Positions 37,425 to 46,932 of a DNA stretch of 64,000 nt are shown here, one piece after another. The stretch is taken from assembly GCA_945913025.1 (NCBI GenBank), contig CAMECJ010000003.1, forward strand, positions 103,746-167,745, written 5' to 3'. Below the pieces are notes generated by a model. The model saw only the letters and a list, made by a program, of their open reading frames with translations, was not told the DNA's origin and searched no databases. The translations under genes and the position numbers were made by a program. The stretch is from an uncultured Elusimicrobia bacterium. GTDB lineage: Bacteria; Elusimicrobiota; Elusimicrobia; Elusimicrobiales; Elusimicrobiaceae. Numbering within the stretch: the stretch's first letter is position 1; the number at the start of each line of letters is the position of its first letter.

Positions 37425-38490
37425 TGATTTTAAACAGGCAAACGTCGCCGTCTCTCACAATATAATCTTTGCCTTCGGAGCGGATAAGGCCGTGTTCTTT
37501 TAAGGACTTTTCCGAACCGTATTTGACGAGGTCGTCAAACGTGTACACGTCGGCGCGGATGAATTTCTTTTCAAAATCGCTGTGGATTTTGCCCGCCGCC
37601 TGCGGCGCGGAACAACCCACGGGAATCAGCCAGCTGCGGACCTCCACCTCTTCCCCCGCCGTAAAATACGTGCACAGGTTTAAGAGTTTCATGCCTTCGC
37701 GCACCACTTTTTCAAGGCCGGTGTAGTCGTTGCCGGTTTCGGCCAAAAACGCGTGTTTTTCTTCTTCGGAAAATTCGGCGATGTCGGCTTCGAATTTGAC
37801 GCACAGTTCCACAAAACCCGCGCCGTTTTCTTTGGCGAACGCGGCCACTTTTTCGGCATTGGCGGCGTTGCGGGTTTCGGAATTGTTGCCCACGTACAGG
37901 ACGGGTTTGGCCGTCAAAAACTGGTATTCTTTTAACTCTTCCGGCTCAAGCCCCAACGAACTGACGGGTTTTCCGTTTTCCAGCGCGGCTTTGATTTCTT
38001 TCATGCGTTCCCATGCGGCTACGGCTTCTTTCTTGCCGCTTTTTGCGTTGGATCCCAAACGGTCGCAAATTTTGGTTGCGCTTTCCAAATCGGCCAGCAT
38101 CAGTTCGGTATTGATGATATCAATATCGCGCAAGGGGTCGACGGAGTTCATCACGTGGGTAACGTTGTCGTCGTCAAACAGACGCACGACGTGGATAATG
38201 GCGTCCACCTCGCGGATGTTGGCTAAAAATTTGTTTCCGAGTCCCTCGCCTTGGCTCGCGCCTTTGACGATGCCCGCGATATCCACAAATTTAATGAAAG
38301 CGGCTGTTTTCTTGGGCGGTTTAAACATTTCAAACAGCTTATCCAACCGTTTGTCCGGTATGGGCACAATGCCCACGTTGGGTTCAATGGTGCAGAACGG
38401 ATAGTTGCTGGCTTCCGCACCCGCGCAGGTAAGCGCGTTAAAAAGGGTAGATTTGCCCACGTTGGGCAGGCCGACAATACCAATTTCCAT
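37417..38490 (-). CDS. ychF: Redox-regulated ATPase YchF
   Basis: GLPNVGKST, NYPFCTIEPN, DIAG and GKIHSDF motifs. Confidence 0.97.
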   Translation of the reverse strand: MEIGIVGLPNVGKSTLFNALTCAGAEASNYPFCTIEPNVGIVPIPDKRLDKLFEMFKPPKKTAAFIKFVDIAGIVKGASQGEGLGNKFLANIREVDAIIHVVRLFDDDNVTHVMNSVDPLRDIDIINTELMLADLESATKICDRLGSNAKSGKKEAVAAWERMKEIKAALENGKPVSSLGLEPEELKEYQFLTAKPVLYVGNNSETRNAANAEKVAAFAKENGAGFVELCVKFEADIAEFSEEEKHAFLAETGNDYTGLEKVVREGMKLLNLCTYFTAGEEVEVRSWLIPVGCSAPQAAGKIHSDFEKKFIRADVYTFDDLVKYGSEKSLKEHGLIRSEGKDYIVRDGDVCLFKINA

Positions 38491-38557
38491 AGTGTACAAC
38501 TCCTTTGGGGATGATGATAAAACGGATGATTACTTATATTTTAGCATTTTAGACGGT

Positions 38558-38586
38558 AAAAAGCCCCGCCTAAAAAGGCGGGGCTT
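38558..38586 (-). terminator. Terminator after the protease gene
   Basis: AAAAAGCCCCGCC...GGCGGGGCTT. Confidence 0.75.
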
Positions 38587-38606
38587 GTACACAAACAGTC
38601 ATATAT

Positions 38607-39734
38607 CTATTTATTGGGTTCCCTTACAGGTACCGATCCCTCCAATATCGGGGATAAACATAATTTTTGAGGATATTCTTTCCCCATTGCCCGCCTTAAA
38701 AATGCTTCAAACGGAACAGAATACAAAGGCGTTTGCATATAACCTTTGTCAGCCCCGCTTGTATTGCTGACCACAAAACGGTTCATAATAATCGGCGAGC
38801 CGGATATCCCCTTCGGCCCGTCACTGCTCCATTGCAATTCGTGGGAACCACGGTCTTTTAGGCCCTGAAAACGGTATGCATACGGCTTTGGGAAAACTCT
38901 TTCTTTCCTGCTGGACCCAGTTCCAAAAAAATATCCGTAACCCGTGTGCCCGTCATAATGAAAAGTCCCTTCCGGCGGCGTAACGAAGAAGGTATACTCA
39001 TTGAGCTTTTGGCCGAAAAATTTCTTACGCGCCGTTTCCAGCCGCACAATACGCTTCTCCGTATCCTGAAGGATATCGCTGCCGTACACGGTAGACATGG
39101 CGGCTAAAGCATCGTCTCCTAAAGTTTCCCTTGTCTGCCGCAACATACTACGCGCCTGTTTATACGAAGGATCATTTTCGTCCAAACGAATTAAAGCAAT
39201 ATCTTCCGCAAAAGAGTACCCTATCCGCGGGGAAGATCCGTCAGAAGAATATCCCTGCCGGTAGAAGTAAAGGTCAGCGTTGGCTGGATTGTTCTCTTCC
39301 GCAGGGGAAAATGCCACCTCAAACCCTTTAGCCTTATGCTTCGCACTGGAACCGCTGCCTGTCGTCAAGGTAATTTCTTCCACATCGGCATGCACACGGT
39401 GATCCTGCGTACCTAGCGGCTCCAAACAATGCGCGGCCGTAATCATCCAATACTTAGTGATTCGAAATGCCGTACAAAAACCGGCTCCGCCTTTTTTTCC
39501 GGTCGGAAATATGGAAATAGGAACCACGTTTATGGGAATGTTTGTACCCACATAAGCATATGTAGGACGATATAATTCATCCAACGGATTAGGGAAAGAG
39601 CCCGCAGCAGGCGCGCCGGATTGGCTTTTTACCGGAACTGTTACAGCAACGACTTGCTTAGCCTGTACAGCTTTAGCGGCCATAAACAAACAAGCGAAAC
39701 CAACCGCCAAGCGTAAAAAAGATATGCTTTTCAT
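38607..39734 (-). CDS. Exported trypsin-like (S1) serine protease
   Basis: Start MKSISF with AAGGAG RBS; catalytic triad motifs TAAHC, EDIALIRL and GISGSP. Confidence 0.82.
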   Translation of the reverse strand: MKSISFLRLAVGFACLFMAAKAVQAKQVVAVTVPVKSQSGAPAAGSFPNPLDELYRPTYAYVGTNIPINVVPISIFPTGKKGGAGFCTAFRITKYWMITAAHCLEPLGTQDHRVHADVEEITLTTGSGSSAKHKAKGFEVAFSPAEENNPANADLYFYRQGYSSDGSSPRIGYSFAEDIALIRLDENDPSYKQARSMLRQTRETLGDDALAAMSTVYGSDILQDTEKRIVRLETARKKFFGQKLNEYTFFVTPPEGTFHYDGHTGYGYFFGTGSSRKERVFPKPYAYRFQGLKDRGSHELQWSSDGPKGISGSPIIMNRFVVSNTSGADKGYMQTPLYSVPFEAFLRRAMGKEYPQKLCLSPILEGSVPVREPNK

Positions 39735-39976
39735 AATAGTCTCCTTTAAGGGGAATAACCCTCTGTTCGCAGCGAACTCAAGGCTTTCTGTAGTTTTCAA
39801 TCCATTTGCCCCGTATATTGCCAAACAAACCAGGCTTTCAGGCTGCTTTCTGCTAGTAACAGCTTTCCCGACAACGACAACCCCTTTTGGGTAGTATAAC
39901 AATAATAGTCAAAAATTACAACTTTTTAATCCCCCGTTACCAACAACCGTGATTTTATGATAAAATAAATATATAA

Positions 39977-40050
39977 GTCCCGTTCGTCTAGTGGTCCAGG
40001 ACGCCGCCCTCTCAAGGCGGAGATCACGAGTTCGAATCTCGTACGGGACG
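39977..40050 (+). tRNA. tRNA-Glu(CTC); CCA not encoded
   Basis: GTCCCGTTCGTCTAGTGG...CCGCC-CTCTCAA-GGCGG...GAGTTCGAATCTC. Confidence 0.95.
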
Positions 40051-40096
40051 TTTTTTTATATCTCCGTCCGGCCAACGGACGGAAAAAGGGGGTTGT

Positions 40097-41149
40097 ATGG
40101 AATTAACGACGTTGCAGACGGTATTATTATCGTCGCTGATTGTGGTAGTGCTGTTTTTGCCGCTGACCGTCCACAAAGTGGAAGAAAACTTGGAAGCGTT
40201 CCTGTTTTTGTGCGGAGCGTTTGCCGTAACCGTATCGAAAATGTGGAGCGGGCACTTAGTGCTGACCGCGTTGGAAGACCCGATTAAAATCACGCTGGCC
40301 GTGCTTATCGCGGGGCTTTTGTTCCGCAAATTTAACAAAAACATCCAGCATTTGACGCATTGGGCCGTCAAAAAACTCGGCTTACGCTGGACGCTCTTTT
40401 TAATCGTTTTCCTGCTGGGAATTACCTCCAGCTTAATTACGGCCATTATCGCCGCGCTTATTTTGGCCGAAGTGGCCGTCATGCTGCCGTTGGAACGCAA
40501 AGGGCGCATTAAACTCATCACGTTTTCATGTTTCTCCATCGGTATGGGCGCGGTGCTGACCTCTATCGGCGAGCCGCTGGGTACCGTGGTACTCTCCAAA
40601 CTGGCGGGCGAACCGCACAATGCCGATTTCTTCTTTTTAATTGACCACTTGGGTTGGTATGTACTCGGCGGTATTTTGTTTATGTCCGGTATGGCCAGCT
40701 CCTTGCGCGAAAGCACAATCTCCCACGCCCCCGGCGTTAAAGAAGGGGCGGACGAACACTCCGTAAAAAGCATTGTGGTTCGTGCGGCTAAAGTGTATTT
40801 ATTCGTTATGGCCCTTGTGTTCTTGGGCGACGGTTTAAAACCGCTGGCGATGCAGACCATTTCGCACCTGTCGGCCAACTGGCTGTACTGGATTAATATG
40901 TTGTCCGCCGTTTTGGACAACGCTACGCTGGCCGCTATTGAGGTAACGCCGGACATCAGTACCCGCACGCTGACGTTCCTCTTAATGAGCTTGATTGTTT
41001 CCGGCGGGATGCTTATCCCGGGCAACATTCCCAATATTATCTGCGCCAGCAAACTGGGGATTAAAAGCAAAGAATGGGCCAAAGCCGCTTTCGGCTTGGG
41101 GTTGGCAATTATGATTGCGTATTTCGTCATCTTAAGCGCAGTCCTTTAA
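40097..41149 (+). CDS. DUF1646-like multi-pass membrane protein (putative transporter)
   Basis: About 10 TM helices; VEENLEAFL, IGEPL, LDNATL and LIPGNIPNII motifs. Confidence 0.75.
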   Translation: MELTTLQTVLLSSLIVVVLFLPLTVHKVEENLEAFLFLCGAFAVTVSKMWSGHLVLTALEDPIKITLAVLIAGLLFRKFNKNIQHLTHWAVKKLGLRWTLFLIVFLLGITSSLITAIIAALILAEVAVMLPLERKGRIKLITFSCFSIGMGAVLTSIGEPLGTVVLSKLAGEPHNADFFFLIDHLGWYVLGGILFMSGMASSLRESTISHAPGVKEGADEHSVKSIVVRAAKVYLFVMALVFLGDGLKPLAMQTISHLSANWLYWINMLSAVLDNATLAAIEVTPDISTRTLTFLLMSLIVSGGMLIPGNIPNIICASKLGIKSKEWAKAAFGLGLAIMIAYFVILSAVL

Positions 41150-41169
41150 ACAGAGATGCTCTTTTTACG

Positions 41170-41204
41170 AAATCCGCCTTTCCGTTTCGGAAGGCGGATT
41201 TTTT
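41170..41204 (+). terminator. Terminator
   Basis: AAATCCGCCTT...AAGGCGGATTTTTT. Confidence 0.75.
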
Positions 41205-41282
41205 CTACTCCATTTTTTCCATACAGGAAAAACGCCGAATTTTATATAATTTGAATATATATTTTGACAGGGGAGAAATTGA

Positions 41283-43838
41283 ATGAAAATCCATTCCTTT
41301 AATGTACAACCCAACCTGCCCGAGAACATCAAGTTTTTGGAAGAGTTGGCCAATGACATGTGGTTTACTTGGAATTGGCAGGCTATTCTGCTTTTTGTAA
41401 TGGTTGACTCCAAACTGTGGACCGCCGCCAAACGCAACCCGAAATGGTTTTTGGGCTGCGTGCCGCAAAAACGCTTTGAAGAACTCAGCAAAGACGAAAC
41501 CTTCGTCAACAATTTAAACCAAGTCAAAGAAGCCTACTACAACTATAAAAAGAATCCGCATACGTGGTATCAAGAGAACCGCCGCGAAAACGGCAACCTG
41601 CTTACGGCGTATTTCTCTATGGAATACGGTATCGGCGAAGGACTGCCGATTTACTCCGGCGGCCTCGGTATGCTCGCGGGCGATCACATTAAATCCGCCA
41701 GCGACCTTGGTATGCCGATCATCGGTGTGGGTCTTTTTTACAAACAGGGCTACGTACAGCAGGTACTTAACCGCGAAGGTTGGCAAAACGAAGAATATCC
41801 GGATAACGACTGGGCCCATATGCCCGTTACCCGCGTGACCGACGCACAGGGCAACGAAATTACCATAGACATCCCGCTCGGAGCGGAAACCGTCAAAGCC
41901 TGTATCTGGCGCGTACCCGTAGGGCGCACCTCGCTTTATCTGTTAGATACCAACTTACAGGAAAATACCCCTGCCCAGCGCGCCATTACCGAAAAACTTT
42001 ACGGCGGCGACCGCGAAAACCGCATCCGCCAAGAAGTGGTTTTGGGCATCGGCGGCGTAAAAGCCCTGCAGGCAATGGGCATTAAACCCACCGTTTTCCA
42101 CATCAACGAAGGGCACAGCGCATTTTTACTGTTCCAGCGCATTATTGACATTATGAACGAAAAACACCTTTCGTTCGCGGAAGCGCGCGAAATTGTATGG
42201 GCTTCCTCCGTATTTACCACGCATACGCCCGTCATCGCCGGAAACGAACATTTTGATCCCGCCCTCGTACGCAAATATATGCAAAGCTATGCGGATCAAA
42301 TGCATATTTCTTGGGATGAATTTTTGGCGCTCGGCAAAGAAACGCCCGCATCGGCCACTTATTGTATGACGGTCGTCGCGCTGCGTTTGTCCGCCTTCTG
42401 CAACGGCGTGGCCAAACTGCACGGGCTCGTCAGCCGCGAAATGTGGCACAACCTCTGGCCGAATTTGCCCGTCAGCGAAGTGCCGATAACCAGCATTACT
42501 AACGGCATTCACAGCGCGTCGTGGATTTCGCACGAACTCAACGACCTGTACCGCAAGTATCTCTTTAACGGCGACCAGCGCGGCGAAATTGATCCTTCCG
42601 ATGAACACGCCTGGAGCAAAATGGACATGATTCCCAACGAAGAATTGTGGAAAATACACTCCGTACGTAAAAATAAACTGATTGATTTGGTACAAAACCG
42701 CTTAAAACGCCAACTGACCCGCCAGGGCTTTGATTTGATGACCGTCAAGAAAAACAGCAAAGTGCTCCGCCCCGACGTATTGACGATCGGTTTTGCACGC
42801 CGCTTTGCCACGTACAAACGCGCGACGCTGCTCTTTAAAGATTTAAACCGCCTCGACAAAATCGTCAACAATCCGGCGCGCCCCGTGCAATTTGTATTTG
42901 CAGGTAAAGCGCATCCGGCCGATACGGCGGGTAAAGAATTTATTAAACTTATTGTGGGCCTTACACAGAACGATCCGCGCTTTAAAGGCAAAATCGTATT
43001 TGTGGAAGACTACAATATGAATACCGCCCGTTATATGGTACAGGGCGTGGACGTGTGGCTCAACAACCCGCTTCGCCCGATGGAAGCCAGCGGCACCAGC
43101 GGTATGAAAGCGGCTTTAAACGGCGCGCTCGCGCTCTCCGTGCTCGACGGTTGGTGGGACGAAGTCGGTCCGTGTGATTTCGGCTGGTCTATCGGCGGGC
43201 CGGAAAACTATAAATCCGCTGAAGAGCGCGATGCGGTGGAATCCGAGTCCCTGTACAGCATTATTGAACAGGAAATCGCTCCCGCTTACTACGAAAAAGA
43301 CGCCAACGGCATTTCCGCAGCGTGGCTTAACTTGATGAAAGAATCCGTCAAACACATTGCGCCCGTATTCAACACCAACCGTATGGTAAAAGAATACTAC
43401 GAACGCTTTTACATTCCTGCCCACAATTACGGCATGATTTTACAGGAAGAAGGCAAAGCGCAGGCTGTCGCTCAATGGAGAAGTAAAATTGCCGAAAATT
43501 GGTACCGCGTCAGCGTGACCGATACTACCCCCCAGCCCGAAAAAGCGATTTTAATGGGCGACAAGGTAAATTTCAAAGCGCGCGTACAACTGGGCAATTT
43601 GGCGCCGGAGGACATTCAGGTAGAACTGTGTGTCGGCCGCCGCGGTACGCTCGGCGGCATTGTAAAAGAAGAAGCCATTGATATGAACTGCACCGGCAAA
43701 GACGGCGATGCATACACGTATGAAGTGTCTATGTCGCCGCTTAACAGCGGACGGCAGGACTATGCGATGCGTATTCTGCCCGCCAACAATAATATTCCCA
43801 ATGTGCTGACGCCGCTGTTCATCCGCTGGGAAGAATAA
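41283..43838 (+). CDS. glgP: Alpha-glucan (glycogen) phosphorylase
   Basis: YFSMEYG, YSGGLG, HINEGH, RRFATYKR and EASGTSGMK motifs. Confidence 0.97.
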   Translation: MKIHSFNVQPNLPENIKFLEELANDMWFTWNWQAILLFVMVDSKLWTAAKRNPKWFLGCVPQKRFEELSKDETFVNNLNQVKEAYYNYKKNPHTWYQENRRENGNLLTAYFSMEYGIGEGLPIYSGGLGMLAGDHIKSASDLGMPIIGVGLFYKQGYVQQVLNREGWQNEEYPDNDWAHMPVTRVTDAQGNEITIDIPLGAETVKACIWRVPVGRTSLYLLDTNLQENTPAQRAITEKLYGGDRENRIRQEVVLGIGGVKALQAMGIKPTVFHINEGHSAFLLFQRIIDIMNEKHLSFAEAREIVWASSVFTTHTPVIAGNEHFDPALVRKYMQSYADQMHISWDEFLALGKETPASATYCMTVVALRLSAFCNGVAKLHGLVSREMWHNLWPNLPVSEVPITSITNGIHSASWISHELNDLYRKYLFNGDQRGEIDPSDEHAWSKMDMIPNEELWKIHSVRKNKLIDLVQNRLKRQLTRQGFDLMTVKKNSKVLRPDVLTIGFARRFATYKRATLLFKDLNRLDKIVNNPARPVQFVFAGKAHPADTAGKEFIKLIVGLTQNDPRFKGKIVFVEDYNMNTARYMVQGVDVWLNNPLRPMEASGTSGMKAALNGALALSVLDGWWDEVGPCDFGWSIGGPENYKSAEERDAVESESLYSIIEQEIAPAYYEKDANGISAAWLNLMKESVKHIAPVFNTNRMVKEYYERFYIPAHNYGMILQEEGKAQAVAQWRSKIAENWYRVSVTDTTPQPEKAILMGDKVNFKARVQLGNLAPEDIQVELCVGRRGTLGGIVKEEAIDMNCTGKDGDAYTYEVSMSPLNSGRQDYAMRILPANNNIPNVLTPLFIRWEE

Positions 43839-43843
43839 TCTTC

Positions 43844-43869
43844 GTCCTTTTCTGGAAACAGAAAAGGAC
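43844..43869 (+). terminator. Hairpin after glgP
   Basis: GTCCTTTTCTG/GAAA/CAGAAAAGGAC. Confidence 0.6.
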
Positions 43870-43893
43870 CAAAAGATTTGCAGCCGTAAAACA

Positions 43894-43977
43894 AAAATGA
43901 ACAGCCGGAAGGGTATTTTTTAAACTCGCTACGCTCAAACATAAAAAATACATTTACCTTCCGGCTTTGTTCATTTT
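43894..43977. repeat. Long imperfect palindrome with AAACTCGCTACGCTCAAACA core
   Basis: Arms AAAATGAACAGCCGGAAGG...CCTTCCGGCTTTGTTCATTTT. Confidence 0.7.
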
Positions 43978-44342
43978 AAAACGTTCTAATGGCTGCATTA
44001 AACAGCAGAACGGCTTTCTAAACGTTTTAATGATTGCCGTAAACGGCCTTTAGTGTCGTCATTGCGCTACACAAAAACTTCTGACAATTTAACGAAGCAA
44101 ATTATATTATTGTACGTTTTTGTGTGTAGTTTGCGGTTTTGCCCGAGTGCCGTGTACGGCACAACTGAAAAATAAGCGAAGTAAATTTTAAGTATTTGAG
44201 CAATTCCGAGGAAATCTTTATTTTCTTGAAGCCGCCGCGTACTGAAAGACAGCCGCTTGCGGCGCGGTACGCAAGGTAAACAAAAAATAAAAAGTTACCG
44301 GAATTTAACAAATCGTATCATACCAACACAACTAAAAACATT

Positions 44343-44801
44343 ATGCTGAATATCGTACTCGTAAACCCCGAAATCCCCTTTAACACCGGCAACATCGGGC
44401 GTTCCTGCGTTGCCACCGGCACGCGGCTGCACTTGGTCGGTAAACTGGGTTTTAAAATTGCCTCCAAAGAAATCCGCCGTTCGGGCCTTGATTATTGGCC
44501 CAATTTGGATTACCGCCGCCACGAAACGTGGGAAGATTTTTTAAACGATGAAAATCCGGCTCAAGAAAATATGTTTTTTCTTTCTACCAAAGGAACGCAG
44601 GCGTATTGGGACGCGCAAATTCCGGACGGAGCATACCTCATTTTCGGAGCCGAATCGTGCGGCCTGCCTAAAGACTTTTACGAACGCTATAAAAGCCGCC
44701 TTTTTACCATTCCGATGAGCGGCCCCGTGCGCTCACTCAACTTATCTTCTTCGGCCGCGATTGTTCTTTTCGAAGCGATCCGTCAAAACCGCGCAAAATA
44801 A
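44343..44801 (+). CDS. trmL: tRNA (cytidine/uridine-34-2'-O)-methyltransferase
   Basis: PEIPFNTGNIGR, RSGLDYW, FGAES and RSLNLS motifs. Confidence 0.93.
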   Translation: MLNIVLVNPEIPFNTGNIGRSCVATGTRLHLVGKLGFKIASKEIRRSGLDYWPNLDYRRHETWEDFLNDENPAQENMFFLSTKGTQAYWDAQIPDGAYLIFGAESCGLPKDFYERYKSRLFTIPMSGPVRSLNLSSSAAIVLFEAIRQNRAK

Positions 44802-44849
44802 ATAGCTGATAACCAATATCTTACGGCACAGCGGGATTCACGAGATATC

Positions 44850-44884
44850 AAAGAAGCCCCAACTCAACATTGGGGCTTCTTTTT
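44850..44884. terminator. Bidirectional terminator between trmL and pilin 5
   Basis: AAAGAAGCCCCAA...TTGGGGCTTCTTTTT. Confidence 0.8.
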
Positions 44885-44919
44885 CGGAACAATAAAAACT
44901 AATCCATTCGGTAATAAGT

Positions 44920-45441
44920 CTAAGCTCCGCAAGAAGAACTGCCACAAGACGAACCACCCCCGCTTCCCTCGGCATAACAAGTTGATACACCGCAATTTGC
45001 GCCACGAATGCAGATGTTTGAATCCGAAGTGGAAAGGGCAAAACCGATTTTCTCACAGCCCAACCCGCCACTACAAGACCGGCGGCCGGTTTTGGCGTTT
45101 AACCATAAGTCCAAAGCACTGGGTTGCAAACGAGCGCCAAAAACAATCGGATGAAGTGAATTATTGCAGTTTACCTCTCCCCAATAACGCAGATTTTTAG
45201 ATTCTTTTACCTCAACAGCTAACGCGGAGGAGAGCTCGGCGGCGTCGTTGCCATAGAACGACCCGCTGGGGTTTTCTAAACAATACGCATTGGCAGCCAT
45301 ATTCAGCGTTTTCAAATTCGGCCACGCTTCCGCCGCACGGCTTCTCAGTAATGCTTTTTGGTACTGCGGCAACGCTACCGATGACAATATGCCAATAATA
45401 AGCACAACAACCAATAATTCAATCAAGGTAAAACCTTTCAT
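44920..45441 (-). CDS. Type IV pilin-like protein 5
   Basis: MKG|FTLIELL start at 45441; paralog of pilin 2; Gly/Ser/Cys tail. Confidence 0.88.
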   Translation of the reverse strand: MKGFTLIELLVVVLIIGILSSVALPQYQKALLRSRAAEAWPNLKTLNMAANAYCLENPSGSFYGNDAAELSSALAVEVKESKNLRYWGEVNCNNSLHPIVFGARLQPSALDLWLNAKTGRRSCSGGLGCEKIGFALSTSDSNICIRGANCGVSTCYAEGSGGGSSCGSSSCGA

Positions 45442-45557
45442 ATCATTTCTCTTATCGAAAAAAGTTACCCTACAGTGTTTCAGCTCAAGAGCTGCCTTTT
45501 TTGACAAAATAAACCATCAAAGGGTGATTCCACACAGAAACACCACGAGATACCCCT

Positions 45558-45583
45558 ATCGTATCAAAAAAACAACGGGTCAA
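45558..45583 (-). promoter_or_regulatory. Promoter of pilin 5 with interrupted tract (TTG-T7, 14-bp spacer)
   Basis: TTGACC-CG-TTGTTTTTTT-GA-TACGAT. Confidence 0.7.
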
Positions 45584-45613
45584 GGCCCAGAGGCAGGGGG
45601 GCGCATTAAGGGG

Positions 45614-45641
45614 TTGACCCGTTTTTTTTTTTTGATACCAT
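45614..45641 (+). promoter_or_regulatory. Poly-T-spacer promoter of pilin 6 (T12, 16-bp spacer)
   Basis: TTGACC-CG-T12-GA-TACCAT; T run at 45622-45633. Confidence 0.8.
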
Positions 45642-45677
45642 AGGAATAATTCCTGTATAAGAGGGGGGATATATCCC

Positions 45678-46157
45678 ATGCATAAAAAACGCGGATTTAC
45701 GCTTATAGAGCTGTTGGTAGTCGTTTTAATTATTGGTATTTTAGCGGCTGTTGCGCTGCCGCAGTATCAGAAGGCGGTTGCCAAGGCACGATTTTCCGAA
45801 TATATTCAACAGGCATCAGCCCTTCGTCGTGCGCAGGAAGTATATTTTATGGAAAATGGCACATACGCTAATAATTTGGATGATTTGGATATGGATATCT
45901 TGGGCAAATGTGCAATGCAGAGTGATAAATCTATTATGACCTGTCCGTATGCGTGGGTAGACAATATTGTTGGTAGTTCAGTTACTTCGCAGACCAGCTC
46001 TGTACTATATAAATTTTCTGTAGGCGGCTTGCAAAATGCAATGCTTTCTCCAGATGTGCAGGTAGTCTTTTATTTCGCAAATTCTGATCGGCCTAATCAA
46101 ATCGTTTGTAGTCCGTATTCAAGCCTTGGTAAGAATTTATGCAGTTCTTTCCAATAA
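45678..46157 (+). CDS. Type IV pilin-like protein 6
   Basis: MHKKRG|FTLIELL; first 30 aa identical to pilin 4. Confidence 0.92.
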   Translation: MHKKRGFTLIELLVVVLIIGILAAVALPQYQKAVAKARFSEYIQQASALRRAQEVYFMENGTYANNLDDLDMDILGKCAMQSDKSIMTCPYAWVDNIVGSSVTSQTSSVLYKFSVGGLQNAMLSPDVQVVFYFANSDRPNQIVCSPYSSLGKNLCSSFQ

Positions 46158-46203
46158 ATATCCCTAAATGTACCCGCAGAATTTTTTCTTTTTCGTTTAA
46201 ACT

Positions 46204-46542
46204 TCATGCGGCGGCCGCGGCCAAAAGCGCCGCAAAAAACGCCACAATCGCTCCGCCAAAAAAGATAAGCAGCAAGATAGGTATCAGCGCAGCGAATACC
46301 GTCAGCCAGCCGCATACTCCCGCCCACAAAGCAGTTTTGCGCGCTTCTTCCGTGCGTCCTTCCAGTTTTAAGTCCTGCGTGCGCAGCGACAAAATCAGCG
46401 CGGCCAGCGCCAGCGGAATCGTCCAAAACCCCGTGAAGCAAGATAAAATTACCGCCGTTACCGCCAACGTAAAGTGTTCGTTTATGCCCGCTTTTGGACA
46501 GGCAAGACAGCTGTCCTGCGTGTTTTTGTTTTCATTCTCCAT
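46204..46542 (-). CDS. CD225/dispanin-like small membrane protein
   Basis: EHFTLAV..VILSCF..FW.IPLALAA...S...A.K.A.W pattern; start MENEN. Confidence 0.6.
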   Translation of the reverse strand: MENENKNTQDSCLACPKAGINEHFTLAVTAVILSCFTGFWTIPLALAALILSLRTQDLKLEGRTEEARKTALWAGVCGWLTVFAALIPILLLIFFGGAIVAFFAALLAAAAA

Positions 46543-46650
46543 AAACCCCCCTTTCCGGTTGGCAGCTGAACCGGCGCGTTGGGCGCGCTCTGCCCTAGCC
46601 AAACGGTTTCATATTATATAAAATATACCTTACACAGGGAGCTATTTTAT

Positions 46651-46932
46651 ATGGAAATAACAAAAAAAGACGTAGAAGTGGCGGCCAAACTCGCCAAAAT
46701 GCGGGTAAGTGAACAGGAAACCGCCGTGTATGAGGCCCAACTGGAGGCTCTTTTTAATTGGGTAAAAGAATTGTCCTCCGTCAATACGGACGGCGTAGAG
46801 CTTTCCAATGTCAATTTATCCGCGCACGTGCGCGCCGACGAACCGGTAACTGACGAAAAACGCGCCGCCCTGCTGCGCGCTGATTTTAACGCCAGTTTAG
46901 ACGACTGCGCCAAAGTAAAGAAGGTACTCTGA
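46651..46932 (+). CDS. gatC: Asp/Glu-tRNA amidotransferase subunit C
   Basis: AAKLAKM, RADE and KVKKVL motifs; directly precedes gatA. Confidence 0.88.
   Translation: MEITKKDVEVAAKLAKMRVSEQETAVYEAQLEALFNWVKELSSVNTDGVELSNVNLSAHVRADEPVTDEKRAALLRADFNASLDDCAKVKKVL

Noticed and set aside
39760-39830. c-di-GMP-I or c-di-AMP (ydaO) riboswitch, prompted by TACGGGGCAAAT...GAAA
   Set aside because: The required downstream elements (GACGCAAAGC; CCCGAACCCGTCAGCTAAC) are missing and the stem pairing is poor.
38607-40050. tRNA-Glu-anchored genomic island containing the protease gene
   Set aside because: The protease lies on the 5' side of the tRNA, with no duplicated tRNA 3' end and no integrase.
45558-45641. 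Invertible promoter, suggested by the inverted repeats between pilins 5 and 6
   Set aside because: The inverted repeats are the two promoters themselves. Flipping the 30 bp between them changes neither, and no recombinase is nearby.
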